From Chrysomallon squamiferum (Eukaryota; Animalia; Mollusca): a stretch of DNA of 64,000 nt. The stretch spans positions 4,774,001 to 4,838,000 of the forward strand of contig CM022673.1 in the NCBI GenBank assembly GCA_012295275.1, written 5' to 3'. Below the pieces are notes generated by a model that had not been told where the DNA came from, made no database searches, and worked only from the letters and a program-made list of their open reading frames with translations. The translations under genes were made by a program, and so were the position numbers. Shown in pieces: positions 28,357-41,548 of this stretch (the stretch's first letter is position 1; the number at the start of each line of letters is the position of its first letter).

Positions 28357-28985
28357 TACAGGGTGTCCCAAAAGTAACCGAACCGCAAAACTTAAAAATA
28401 ATTAGATATTAAAAATAACAAACTTAATTCCATCTTTTATGTTATCTTATGTTATCATTTTATGTTATCTTTTGTACTATTCATTTACTTCTGTCAGTAG
28501 CAGTCTTTGGAATGATTTTTGTTACCTGATTGTAGTGTCCTTTGTGATTGAGACTTCTGTTTTAGCGTGCACTACTGGACTCTTCATGGTTTGACTTGAA
28601 ATGGTACCCTAACTCTTAAAAATGCAGCAAAGAACTTTAGATTTAAACAAACGTATCTTCATTATTAAGAATTACTTGCAAGATCCCCGGATCTGACACC
28701 ACCTGATTTCTTTCTGTGAGGAGTTCTAAAAAATGCAGTTTATGCTAATAAACCTAGGATCACTGATTAACTGAAACAAAGTATTCAGCACGAATGGAAC
28801 CAAATTTCAGTGGAAACTTGCCAAAAAGTATGTCGCAGTGTTGTCAAAAGGTGTCGTGATAATACTGAAGTTCAAGGTAGACATTTTGAACATTTGTAAA
28901 TACTAAATATACAGATTAAATTTGTTGTTTTTAATATCTAATTTTATTTAAGTTTGCGGTTCGGTTACTTTTGGGACACTCTGTA
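28357..28985 (+). mobile_element. Internally deleted Tc1/mariner-superfamily transposon (rosa/DD41D-like)
   Basis: About 70-bp TIRs (TACAGGGTGTCCCAAAAGTAACCGAACCGCAAA... and ...TTTGCGGTTCGGTTACTTTTGGGACACTCTGTA) with flanking TA. A transposase N-terminal stub MQQRTLDLNKRIFIIKNY (28622) is joined to a C-terminus ARSPDLTPPDFFL*GVLKNAVYANKP...QGRHFEHL* (28678-28899) carrying 2 internal stops. Confidence 0.92.
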
Positions 28986-29602
28986 TAATAAACAAATAGT
29001 TTGAGGATAACTAATAGAAAAAAAAGAGAAAGAGAAAACAAATATTTAAAATAAACAGTATTTTAAAGGATTTAAAGTCTGAATTATGTAAAGAATTACG
29101 TTATTTAAAAATAAATGTCCAAGTATGTGTTTGTTAATATTTTGTTTTATTAATTTCTTTACAAAAGTACAAAATTAATCTCTTGAAATCCAATACTTTA
29201 GTTTATATGTGTTTATAATAAATATGGAGCAAAAAACTAACAGAAATTTATTAATATTATGATTCTTTCTTATCAACAGAATAAAATTAAATTTAAAAAA
29301 TCAAAAAAATCATCAAACACTGCATAAACATTTTTTTTGGAATAAATATTAATAATAAATATGTGAACAAAACATTTATGAATTTTATTTTTGAGAACTT
29401 CAGATTAATGACACGAAGGGAATTGTATGAAATAAACTTGATAATTTTTGACATTTGTGATGATGTGAATGCCAAATCCACTTTACACACATCTTTTCAA
29501 AAATTATCAAGTTAATTTTTTGTATGAATTAAATTGGGATGTATTAGATAATTAATAAAAATGTTTTAATTTGACATTATTTATATATATGAAAATATAT
29601 AA

Positions 29603-29647
<45 letters not shown>

Positions 29648-30337
29648 GCTTTCTTGTGCTTCCTCTAAAGGTAACTATAGATAATCAGTTTAAAAGAAAA
29701 AACTATCTGAATCACATAATTTACTCTGACCTTTTTTCTAGATCTGACAATACATTTTACTAATCAAATAAAGTACTGTTAATGGATATGATATTGATCA
29801 AATAAAAGTGTGTATATTAATTACTAATAATTGAACTGCATTTTAAAAATAATAATTCATCATTTAATGAAGGAATAACATCAATATCAGGATAGGAAAT
29901 TAGTGATTTTTTAAAATGATGAAATAACACACACCCACACACACACTCACACAAAAAAAAAAAAAATAATAATAATAATAATAAAAAAATTAAAATAAAA
30001 ATTAAAATAAAATAAAATTCAACAGATTTAGGGCCAGCTAATTATATTTCAAAATGTGACAAATTTTTATGTTGCTTTACTGTCATATTTTATTATGAGC
30101 AATAACAGGTTGCCCAAGAACAATACAATAACAACCTGGAAGTATGAAGAGTTTTACTAATGTTTTAACAAGTAATAGGCTGTATGATAATTGTCTGTAA
30201 CACACAAACAATATGAAGTTCACAGGAGTACCATTAAATAATAATTCATATTCAGCAGTTGGCAGCTATCTGTCATTCTGTGAGCCAGACAAATATGTAT
30301 TAACAAGTTTGTTATATAACTTACAAATGTAAAGAAA

Positions 30338-30727
30338 ATATGTGACCCATCACACTGAACTGAATCTTAAGTCACATGGCCAAGTATTAAGCTTTAGCTA
30401 ACAATAGTTGTGTGATAATAATTGTTTGATTTTGATTCTTTTTTTTAATTAAAAATGGTTTTAGACATATATTATCTCTTTGACCCAGTCATGAAATTGA
30501 TAGAAATTAATCTTACAGTATGTTTTAAAACATTTTTATTGACAATATACTCTGCTCAATGGAAGAAACCCAGCAATTTGTCTAGACACATCTAGTCATA
30601 TTACTGGAAATAAATGCAATGCAGGGATGAATGAGAAATAAAAATGAAGCTTATCGAGTCAGCAATCTGAAAATATTCATAACTACAATTAGCAGAAAGA
30701 CATGATTCAGCGTGATGGGTGACATAT
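30338..30727. mobile_element. Non-autonomous TIR element (MITE), copy 2, opposite orientation
   Basis: TIRs ATATGTGACCCATCACACTGAA and TTCAGCGTGATGGGTGACATAT. Contains aaaatgaagcttatcgagtcagcaatctgaaaat, the reverse complement of the copy-1 motif with 2 mismatches. Confidence 0.72.
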
Positions 30728-30985
30728 GATGTTGTGATAAACTGAATTTACACAAACAGTTTGGCATGCATTTACTACGAGATAATTCTGTGGTAAGTCA
30801 GAGAGATATGCATTTAAGAATTCATGATTTGCATATTTTGTTATGGTGAGTACTGAAGCTACATTTTAACATCCCCGTAAAATCTTGAAAAATCTAAAAA
30901 TATATATCCGTTCTCTAACTTTATTTTATTTTATTTTAACAATTATTCAGGTCTTTTTTTTGTTGGGTTTTTTTAAACTAGTTAC

Positions 30986-31079
30986 CTGAGATACAAAAAT
31001 GGATGAGTATTCTTAGGAAGATAGGCCTGGTAGACTGTATCAATGGCTTTTCGGAGATTTGACGAGTCCACAAGTCTAT
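30986..31079 (-). CDS. MLH1: MLH1 exon (human exon 10 equivalent)
   Basis: tttcag|ATAGACTT...CTCAG|gtaact; 94 nt; (H)[30 protein letters not shown](S). Confidence 0.96.
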
Positions 31080-33229
31080 CTGAAATAACAACAAGATGGA
31101 AATCATATTAATAAATTGACCAGAGAAGAATAGTATCTTAATACATCTTAATACTAACAGTTATTAGGTTTCAGTCATAAATCTTTGTAATGATAGTAGC
31201 AGAGAGGTAACCCTACTACTGCAGCACAATCAGCTATTAGTGTCAGTTACCAATAGTTAAAAATTTTAGTAAGCATTAGGAAGGTACATGTCATGACTTT
31301 AAATACCCCCCCACAACACACACACACACACTTACGCAAATACAAAATACACATACATACAAAGAGAGTGATACAGACATACAAACACAGATTTCAGTGT
31401 GTAGCCTTTGTGAACACATGCTGGAATTTAACAGCACACATCAATAACAAATCTTATCATTCTCTATATTTTAAGTTATGATTTTACTATTAAGCCAATG
31501 ATTATTTCAAATCAAAATTCCTTCATAAATATAACGAACACAACTAATTACTGATATAAAATAAGAGATAAACAATAAAATTGAATAATGAAATAAAAAT
31601 AAGACTTGTTATTAGAATGAAGAAAAATGAATGAGGACAACAGATTTCAGCGAGTTTACAGGGACTTACAGAAATGATAATTAATGCCATGAAACAGGCA
31701 AATAGTGAATAATACTGAATAAATAAGAAATATAAAAAGAACAAAAAAAAAAAACAGAGAGAGAAAAAAAAAAAGAAAGAAGACATTTATTTAAAGCTAT
31801 TATTCAGGGATTCATATTTATTTATTAGGTTTAAAACAACAGCTGAAACCACGATAAAGAAAATAACTGTCTAGACATTTGTTCGTTAACTTTTCGTAAT
31901 GTAGTAAAACAAAATAATAAACACAACTAGTAAATACTTGCAGAATGAAAAAAAAAAGAAATTCAGGCACTTCACTCAGTCACACTAATCAGATAGGCTA
32001 CTTGTACAGTAAATTCTGGAATTAAAGCTTAATTCAGTTTACATCATGTGGCAAATTTCAGTTTCTAAAAATGAACAGAAAACCAATTCTCTGAACCTCC
32101 AATTAACAAATAGCTTGATTAACCACTGGTACTTTTCACAAAAGAAAATTAATGTCTTATGTAGAACACAAACGCAAACACAAACACAGACACACACACA
32201 GACACAGACATACAAAACAAAATATTAACAGTTTTATTTCTCTAGTCACCACTCTTGATAGTAGTAGATTCATCCAAATTGCTTTCAATAACCAGTACTA
32301 CACATCAAAACAAAATAGTTATTAAATAACAATTTGTTATTTTTAAAGCAAAAACTGTTCACAAAACTGACCTAAACCAGCAATTAACCACCACTAATAA
32401 TAATAATAATAATATATAGCCACTGTAAATGATAATATTCAGCCTGCTTCCCTCTCTTTTCATCTTTATGCTGCTTAATTATATATTTGCTGGATATAAC
32501 AAAACTTTGTGTCATTAAATAGACTGTTTTTCATCACTTGATGGAAGACAGCACAATTACTCTTTTTACTATCTTCAAAATAAGACAGGAGATTGGTTAA
32601 GGACAGTTAAAAAATTCTTAGATTTAACACTTTTTAGTTTAATACGTATCGGATAAAACAAGGTTAACGACAAAATTGATCTATCACTCCACTGGCTTAC
32701 CAGTTTTAAAAATGGCTGTTATTTTGTCATTAGTGTGTGAAAACAGAATAAAAACAACAGTGTTTAATTACTGGTTTAGTGAATAAAACTGAGCCATTGA
32801 TTTGTGCTCAGACATCATCTGGAAAGAATCACTGAGTTTTGAACTTACTGTTTCCTATTTTATTTATTTTTATTCTAAATTACATTAGTGTGTGTGTTAC
32901 ACAATTTGTGTGTGTGTGTGTGTATGGACATGTCTTTGTTTGCATGTGTATATGCATATCATTACATCTGCCTTTTCTGTTCGTAACAAATCTGTAATAA
33001 CTTGAACTGTAACATGCAGCGGTCAGTGTATTCAATGTATTGTGTCATGATAACTATTTCAAAATCTGAAGTTTGAATTACAAAATTAATCTTCTGCCAG
33101 AGGATAAAATGTAATTATGAAATGGGAGATAAGGAGAGTAATCTTCAAAACGTGCACAAACCTTCCATGGACAAAAGAACATATAAATGATGTGTGTACC
33201 TTTTATAGGTGATTATGTACTTACTGATT

Positions 33230-33269
33230 CACTCACTCACCCACTCACCCCCACTCACTCACTCACTCA

Positions 33270-33324
<55 letters not shown>
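33230..33324. repeat. (CACT)n(CA)n microsatellite
   Basis: Direct reading. Confidence 0.93.
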
Positions 33325-33328
<4 letters not shown>

Positions 33329-33782
33329 TCTCATTCTCTCTTTCACACAAAATATGCAGACTTTCAGTGACACAGTTATAAAATTAAGCCATATTAGTTT
33401 CCTTCTTCTCTTTTCCCCATTCTGACAACATGTTGATGTTTTATTTTTCTGTTCTAGTTTCTCTGCCAAGTGTTTCAAGTGAAGGTCTGTTTGTCTTTCT
33501 GTCTGTGACAGTCATCCATTTACACTTTCCCTATCAACAGTGCTCGAGGCCAAGTCTCACTATACCTACACAAGAAACTGTTTGGTTAAGGTGCAGTTAC
33601 AACTGTCAGTGATCATCTAATACTGACAAATGCTAATTAGAGCCCGAGGGTTGCCATTTTTGTCAGAAGCAGGGGAGTGCACCCTCAGAGGATGATCAGA
33701 GGAATCAGATAGAAAGATCTTCTCAAAGATGACTGACACAATAATGAAAACAAAGAGACTGAGAGAGAAATCAGAGAAACAA

Positions 33783-33940
33783 ACTGACATCATTCTAAGG
33801 TCTACTCCTACTAGATTGATGTATAACTGAAACAGACTGACATCTTTCTAAGGTCTACTCCTACTAGATTGATGTATAACTGAAACAGACTGACATTGTT
33901 CTAAGGTCTACTCCTACTAGATTGATGTATAACTGAAACA
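33783..33940. repeat. 53-bp tandem repeat x3 (partial copies to about 34090)
   Basis: actgacatcattctaaggtctactcctactagattgatgtataactgaaacag starts at 33783, 33836 and 33889. Confidence 0.93.
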
Positions 33941-34088
33941 AGCTGACAGTACAAACTTGGAAACATCCCTGCTGCATTCTTTATTTCTTGTTCCAGATTG
34001 TTCCCAGTATATTTCAAATATCAAATGTATAACTGAAAAGGTGACATTGTTCTGTGTGGGGATTGAATATAACTGAAACAAGCTGAAA

Positions 34089-34128
<40 letters not shown>

Positions 34129-35029
34129 TAAAATTAAATTAAAATAAATAAATAAGTAAATTAATAAATAAATTAATAAATAAATAAATAATTAAATAAA
34201 TAAATAAATAAATATATAAATAAATAAATAAATGTTGGACTTTGCAAGAATCTTTTGAAAAGAGTATTTCAATGGTGAAAAAAAAGAAATAAATAAAATG
34301 AAATAAAATAAAATAAGTAACAGCAACAATAACACCAATAAAAATAAAATAAATTACTAAAAAAAATTACTCCTGATTTGCTATTGACTTTAGCAGAAAA
34401 TTAAGCAAATCTTTTAACGTTCATATCTGTAACATTTCTCAGAACTATTTTCCATTAATCAAAAACACAATGATTCTTTGCCACACACACCCACACCCAC
34501 ACACACCCACACCCACCAATCAACTACTACAATATAATATACAAAACAGACCACATGCTTTTCTGCAGGTGAAGACCAAGATTTTTTAATCTGTAAATCT
34601 TGTAGTAAATATTTACTTAGTAAACATCAGCATGTTCTTGGTCTGGCAATTAGGCAAAAAACCAATCACACATCTGTCTTTCGATAGATCTCTATCAAAA
34701 GTCAAACTGTTTTACTCTTTTCTAGTCAACATTTTATTCACGATAGATGAAAGGGTAATGGTATCTTGTTGGTTGTTAGGAACAGTTTTGGGGTCTTAGA
34801 ATTAAAGAAGTGACAGTTCACTGTTTTTGTTAAGAGTTAGAATTATTGGGATGATGATTTCTGGTAACGGTTTCAGTTGTATTAATTACTTGGAACCAGA
34901 ATATGATATGTGGTAAATAGGACACCATTTACAGAATCATTTTAGAAATAAATGCAAAATATTACTACTACTACTAATAATAATATTGATGCATATGATA
35001 ATCCATAAACATGAACCTATTAACAGAAA

Positions 35030-35812
35030 GATTTAAAAATAATAATAATAATAATAATTATTAATAGGATTGTAGTAATGTCATAAAGTAATAAATAAAT
35101 AAATAAAGTAAGAAAATCAATAAAAATGTCTAAATAATCTTTGTAGATAAATATACCAAAAAAAATAAAAAATTAAAACAAATTTAAAAATATTTTAAAT
35201 AAATAAGTTATTAAATAATTAAACAAGGAAATAAATAATATAAATGCATTAATTATAAAGTTTTCTAAAAAAAAATAGAAAAAAAAACCCCACAAAAAGA
35301 ATGGCTTATAATAATGAAACTAAATAAATTTAAAAATAAAATAAGTGAGTAAAATTAAATTAAAAATTTAAAAAAATAAAAAAATAAAACAAATAAAAAA
35401 TAAAAAAAAGAACTCAAAAGAATAAAAAGCACACCACAAAACAACATACAAAAAAAAAAAAAATAATAATAAATAAAATGAAAAATAAATAAGTTATTAA
35501 ATAATTAAATAAAGAACTAAATAATATAAAAGCATTAAATATAAAATATTTCTCAAAAACAAATAAATGGAAAAAAGAAAAGAAAAGAAAAGATAATAAT
35601 GAAACTAAATAAATTTAAAAATAAAATAAATGAATGAATAAAATAAATGAATAAAATCAAATTAAAAAAGAAAGAAAAAACAGTAAAATGAAAGAAAAAA
35701 ATAAAATAAATAAAATAAAATAAATGAATAAAATTAAATTAAAAAAAAATTAAAAAACAACAATAAAATGAAAGAAACAAATATTAAATAAATACAATAA
35801 AATAAATGAATA

Positions 35813-35845
<33 letters not shown>

Positions 35846-35980
35846 TAAAAAAAAAAAAAAAAAAACACACAAAAAAAAAAAAAAAAAAAAAAAAAAAACC
35901 CACCATAAAACAACAAACAAACTTAAAAAAAAAAACACAACAAAATCACAAAATAAAATATAAAATAAAAATAAAAATAC
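35030..35980. repeat. ~1-kb A-rich low-complexity tract with an internal ~290-bp-period duplication
   Basis: aataaataagttattaaataattaaa...ataatgaaactaaataaatttaaaaataaaataa occurs at about 35198-35344 and 35485-35630. Confidence 0.75.
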
Positions 35981-36100
35981 ACCCAAGCAAGACCTTTCAT
36001 CCAACAACAAACTTTTCATTCCGGAACATTTTATGAACATTCACTGAGATTGCACACTGAAAGCTGGCAGAACAAATGTGTTACACAATATAATTAGAGG

Positions 36101-36312
36101 TATATAAGGGAAGCCAACAGAAGTCTCAGCACATGACATCAGTGTAGGAAACACTTTGCAGACCGCTAGCAATACCCAGCATATTGATTTCTGTTAAAGC
36201 TGCCATGGTGTGATAGAAGGGAGAAAGTGGCAGCAGAGATTGTGAGGACTATGTGCGGAACACACAGCAAAGTTTTCTCTTAGACGTTTCTTCTCTCCAG
36301 TTCAAAGTAAGA
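36101..36312 (+). promoter_or_regulatory. Candidate TATA promoter plus non-coding first exon ending in a GTAAGA donor (possibly the GPCR 5'UTR exon)
   Basis: TATATAAGGG at 36101, TCAGC/TCAGT initiator-like sequences at 36126 and 36139, about 200 nt of complex sequence amid A/T-rich DNA, then AA|gtaaga at 36307 followed by T-rich intron-like DNA. Confidence 0.35.
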
Positions 36313-37178
36313 TTTAATCATTTAAGTCTTTAAATACACAGAAGTGCTGTTTTGTTTAATTTATTTGTCATTTATTTTTATTTTTCTGACAAATTTGTTA
36401 ACATTTAAAAAAAAAAAAAAATATTATTATTATTAATTGTAATTCTGTTATAGATTTCTGGAGATTTTTAAACTGTTTTTTTGTTTTTTGTTTGATTGAT
36501 TTATTTGTTATCATTCTTATTTTAATTTAATTTTTTTTTTTTTATTAATAATTCACTTAAAATAAAATTAGAATTAAAATTATTTTTTTGTTAAAACAGT
36601 TTATCTTCTCAAAAAAATATTAGTTTTTTTACAATTTTATTTCGAAGTCACAGAAAACATTTTATCATTTTAATTTTCATTAAGATCTAACTTTCTGCAG
36701 CATATTATTAACCCTGGTAACATTTATGTTATTTAATTATTATATTTTATCTTAAATTTTACTTCTTTTGATTTCTAAATATTAAATAAATTTTAACTAC
36801 TTTTCCTGTTTTAGTACATACACGGATAAATTATATTTCTTTAAAAAAAATTAAAAAAAAAATTCTTAATATTCTGTACTTAGATAAAACAGTGTAATCT
36901 AAGGATACAAACTTTGTGCATCTATAGGTACCAACATGAATAACTGTTTTCAGAGTACAAAGTAAAGCACTGTAATGATCCATACTAACGTGATGTAAAG
37001 ATATAGTATTAAATAAATATATTTCATAATGTAAAGTCATAAATCAGTGTCTAATAAGAATGTTAAGTTAAATAAAAACTAATATGATAAATAATAATAG
37101 TAATAATAATTATTACTATGTAAAAAGTTACTTCTTAGTAAATATATGAATAAAAGTAAACAGAATAGCATGGGTATG

Positions 37179-37250
37179 TTGATGGAGAATATCTGTCTTC
37201 TTAACTGTACAGTTAAATGGTTTAATATATATATATTTCTTTACATTACA

Positions 37251-37305
<55 letters not shown>

Positions 37306-37347
37306 CCATTTAACTGTACAATTAAGAAGATAGATGTTCTCCATCAA
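37179..37347. repeat. Inverted repeat (hairpin) around an (AT)n core
   Basis: Left arm ttgatggagaatatctgtcttcttaactgtacagttaaatggtttaatatat is the reverse complement of right arm atatattaaaccatttaactgtacaattaagaagatagatgttctccatcaa, with 3 substitutions. Confidence 0.92.
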
Positions 37348-38824
37348 TATCCTGTTGTATTTTAATAAGCTGTCATATCATGATAATAAAACACTGGGGT
37401 CAATAACAGAGATGCCACACAATGTGCCAGTGCTAGATCAGTGCCTGTGTACCTTTTATATATTTTTATAAATCATAATGAGTACAGCATCCAACTGGTC
37501 TCATCTGCTTATAACCAGAAATGCTGTTTTTCATTTTCAGCATGTTACCATTAATGAAGTGCATTAGGCTTGTTATTTTAGGTTACATTTGCTTCTTCAT
37601 CTTTTTTTCTCTCTTTGTGGTAAAATACACACATATATATACAGTCATACCAAAATTAATTTGTTTAGTGTGTGTATGTGTTGGTGGATGTATGTAAGCA
37701 TGCAGGTATATTTCTGTGAGTTGAAATATTTAATGTAAGTAAATATGCATGTGATGGTTTGCATGGATATATATTTCTTTGTATGTGTATGCACATGTAT
37801 ATACATATATGTCTTTCAAGTTATACATGCAATGACCTAAACCATCTTGTTTCAATTACGTTTTAATTCAATCAATCACTGCACACGGATACAATTAAAG
37901 CAAGTAAGAGATTTATGCTGAACCAATACTAAGTGACTGTAATCTCACCAACTCATTATCACTGAAACATACATACAGTGTACATCCAAAATATTTAAAG
38001 CATTCCTTGGTTCTTGGTCCAGAAGCTGCCGTTGTTTTAAGGCTTCATGGGCTGCAGGATCAATCCTCAAGGTGAGCCTGTGGCAAGAAATTTCAGCCCA
38101 GACAGTAATCCATGAAAGATTTAACAAAAGTTGTGATATATGCCTTCCTATATATGACAGCAATTATAAAATAATATTCTTTCTGCAGATCAATAAAAAT
38201 AATGCAAAGAATGGCAACTGCTTTATGCAATGTTTTGTAATTCATGAAATATTTATCAGAGGCTTTGGAATTTGAATTCCAGTTTATGAGAAGGTTTATA
38301 AAGTAATAGTTTTGCTGCTGATCAGTAAATCTAACTTGAAGAGTGGCGGCAGCTTCATACCGTGATTAACAGTTCATGAAGATTTATTAAAGGTTGTGAT
38401 ATATGACTTCCTGTTTATGGAAAGATGATTGTAAATTATGGATGTTTTGCTGCTGATAAATAAGAGATAGCAAAGAGGATCAATAGTGACATGTCATCTT
38501 TAAAAGCTGTTAATAGCTCAATGTGTCAAGATTGTTAAAAATTATTCATGCATTCATTTTCTACTCATTCACTGAGTTTAATGTTTCATTATGAGCAACT
38601 TAATGTAAGAAAATATAATAAAAAATTATATTTATCCAGAATACATCTGTATATTTAGATATAAAATATTTGCTGTAACAAAATTCATTCCCAGCCCCTC
38701 AATTCTCTCTCTCTCTCATTCTCCATGCAAAGACAATAAATAAAATTTTAAAAAGATAAAAAAGACAGAAACAGGCTCATTTTCATGAAGTTACTGTTTA
38801 TAAAATTAAATATAGCCAATTGCA

Positions 38825-38861
<37 letters not shown>

Positions 38862-40007
38862 TCAGATAAGGATAATAGGGCATGAACAGTCATTATATAA
38901 CCAAAAAAAAAAAAAAAAAATTTGTTTTTTGAAAAAATTAAAAATAATAACTAAAGAAATAAAGAAATAAATAAAGAAAGAAAAAATAAAGAAAATAAAA
39001 TTTAATTTTTTTTTTTTTTAAATAGTACAGTTGACTACTACCTGTACAATTGATAAAAAAACCTGAAAAAAAAGCAAAGAAAGAGGTTAAGCAGCAGTTT
39101 CAAGCAGATTAAGGAGAAAAGCTCAGAGCCAAAATCCCAATTAAGTCCATTTCCTGCAGTTAAAATAGAGATTTTCTACACATCAAACTGTTACACTCTC
39201 ACAGACCAGACCAACACTTGAGACAAAAAGCTAACCATGTGTCAAGTATGTTACATATTTCAAGTATTTTTCCAAAGGATCTTGTAGAATTACTCTCCCT
39301 GATAAATCAGTTTGTCACTTTTGTACAGTAACTGTTGACATTTTACAATCATTGCAAGAAGTGTGTAGACAAGTAAGAAATATAAACAATAATGATAATG
39401 ATGGTGATGTTGATAATAGTAATAATAATGAACCTAGGAAAATATATTAGCGATGAAAGATAGATTAAACACATTTTGTCAGAGTTTTTTGTTAATGTTC
39501 TTTTATTCTAATGTTGGTGGTTTAGCCTGATGTTCCACCCAATACCACAAAGAAATTATTGAGGTCCTCAAGGCAATCAACATACAATTTGCAAGTTGCA
39601 CGTTTGGTATACATAAACCCCTCAAAACAGATTTTGTTACCACCCTTATTGGTATGAATAACTTTCTTATTAAAGATACTTCTGATACTAGAGCACATTA
39701 TGAAGCCTCTTTCTTTAATCTAGCCTAATCAATAAGCTTAACAATTACCCCATGCATACAGTGATGCCATATTCAATACTCTACAAACCTATACATTTTG
39801 TTATATAAAAATAATGACTTTTTTCTTGTGATTTTTTTTTTCTACACTAAATTGTGACTTTTTTCTGTGACTATTTTTCCAGCCACCATAATAACAGTTA
39901 TATAATAATAATAATAATAATCAAAGAACATTAACAAAAATGACTCTGACAAAATATGTTATCTCTACCTTTCATTGCTAATATATTTCTTAATCAAAAA
40001 TTGAGAT

Positions 40008-40044
<37 letters not shown>

Positions 40045-40998
40045 TGCAGTTTTTTCCTAGATTCATATTATGTGCTTGACAGCTGATATTTAATTCTGTG
40101 GACAAATAGCTCTCTCTCTGCATTTTATACTGTATTGCCAAATCATTACAGCACTGCTGGATATGTGTAAAATTTTGAAGGATTCAATAACAGAATGTTT
40201 GTGGTATGTCTGACTTTGGGTGTAACATGATTTTCACAGATAATGGATGTAAGATAGGTACAAGAAACTGCAACAAAACTTCTGTTTATTTATACTGAAA
40301 AAAAATACAAAGAAAATGTATATCTCTGTAAAGGTTTAGTTTATTTTTATAAAGGAATCCTTACTGCTAGGTGACATGGAGTAACCCATGGATTAACAGC
40401 AAGGGTTTTCCTTCTTAGATTTCACAATAATAAATAGTCTGTTAGAAAATGACAGGAAGGAAACAGCAGATGTTTTTAAAAATTCATTGAGAAGAGGTCA
40501 AACAATTGTTTTCTCTTTGTATTTTGTTTTTTCCTCCAGGATTGTCAGTAAGTTTTTGAAATATTTTAAAATGATTGAATACCAATTTCAAAATCCATAA
40601 AGTATCGATTTAAAACTTTTAAAATCTGTGAAATACCAATTTGAAACATCCTTAATTTATGAAAAGTTGATTGAAATATTCGAAATCTGAGAGATAACAA
40701 TTTGGAAATGTTTTACAAAAATAAAATAAAAAATGTTAAAAGTATATATTCTGAATTTGAAAACTTTAAATGAAAATGCAGTGTTTCATTAGACTTGATT
40801 CCCAGTTTGGTCTGCATTTAGAGAAACTAAAATTAAAATTACTAATTTGAAATCTTAAAACTCAAAAATTAATTCAAAAATATCTTAAAACTATCAGATG
40901 CCCAACTGAAATATGAAACTATAGAAATCAAAAATGTAAAATGTAAGATTATTAAATAATTTAATATATTTTTATTCTGGGGCAGAATTTCAGTTAAG

Positions 40999-41034
<36 letters not shown>

Positions 41035-41247
41035 CATTTTATTATTATTACATGAAAAGATCATCAGTTAAGTGCCATGAAACAAAATAAAACATTTAAC
41101 AGCTGAACCAGTTTGAACTTTTAATGAGAAAACAAAAACTGGACTAAACTGTTGACAAAAAGGATCTATTCATCCATGACCCATTATGTCACAGTGGCTG
41201 AACTCTCATACTCAAGCATAAAAGGTTAAGTAGAATAGACTAAAACC

Positions 41248-41548
41248 ACCTTTTAGATGATGGCTAAGAAAGTCATGAAGTACATTTCATGAAATATTGC
41301 TAACATATAATTTTAATGACTTTTTAAATAAAAGATGGCTATGAAAGTCATAAGGTATGTTTCATCTAATATCGATAAAAAGTAATTTTAATCACCTTTT
41401 AAATGATGGCTATGAAAGTCATGAGTACTTTTCATGTAATGTTGGTATCATATAATTTTGATCAGCTTTTAAAGTCATGAGAACATTTCATGTAATACTG
41501 ATATCATATAATTTTAATCACCTTTTAAATGATGGCTATGAAAGTCAT
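41248..41548. repeat. Degenerate ~72-bp tandem repeat (about 4.5 units)
   Basis: Recurrent ccttttaaatgatggctatgaaagtcatga...catataattttaat. Confidence 0.85.
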
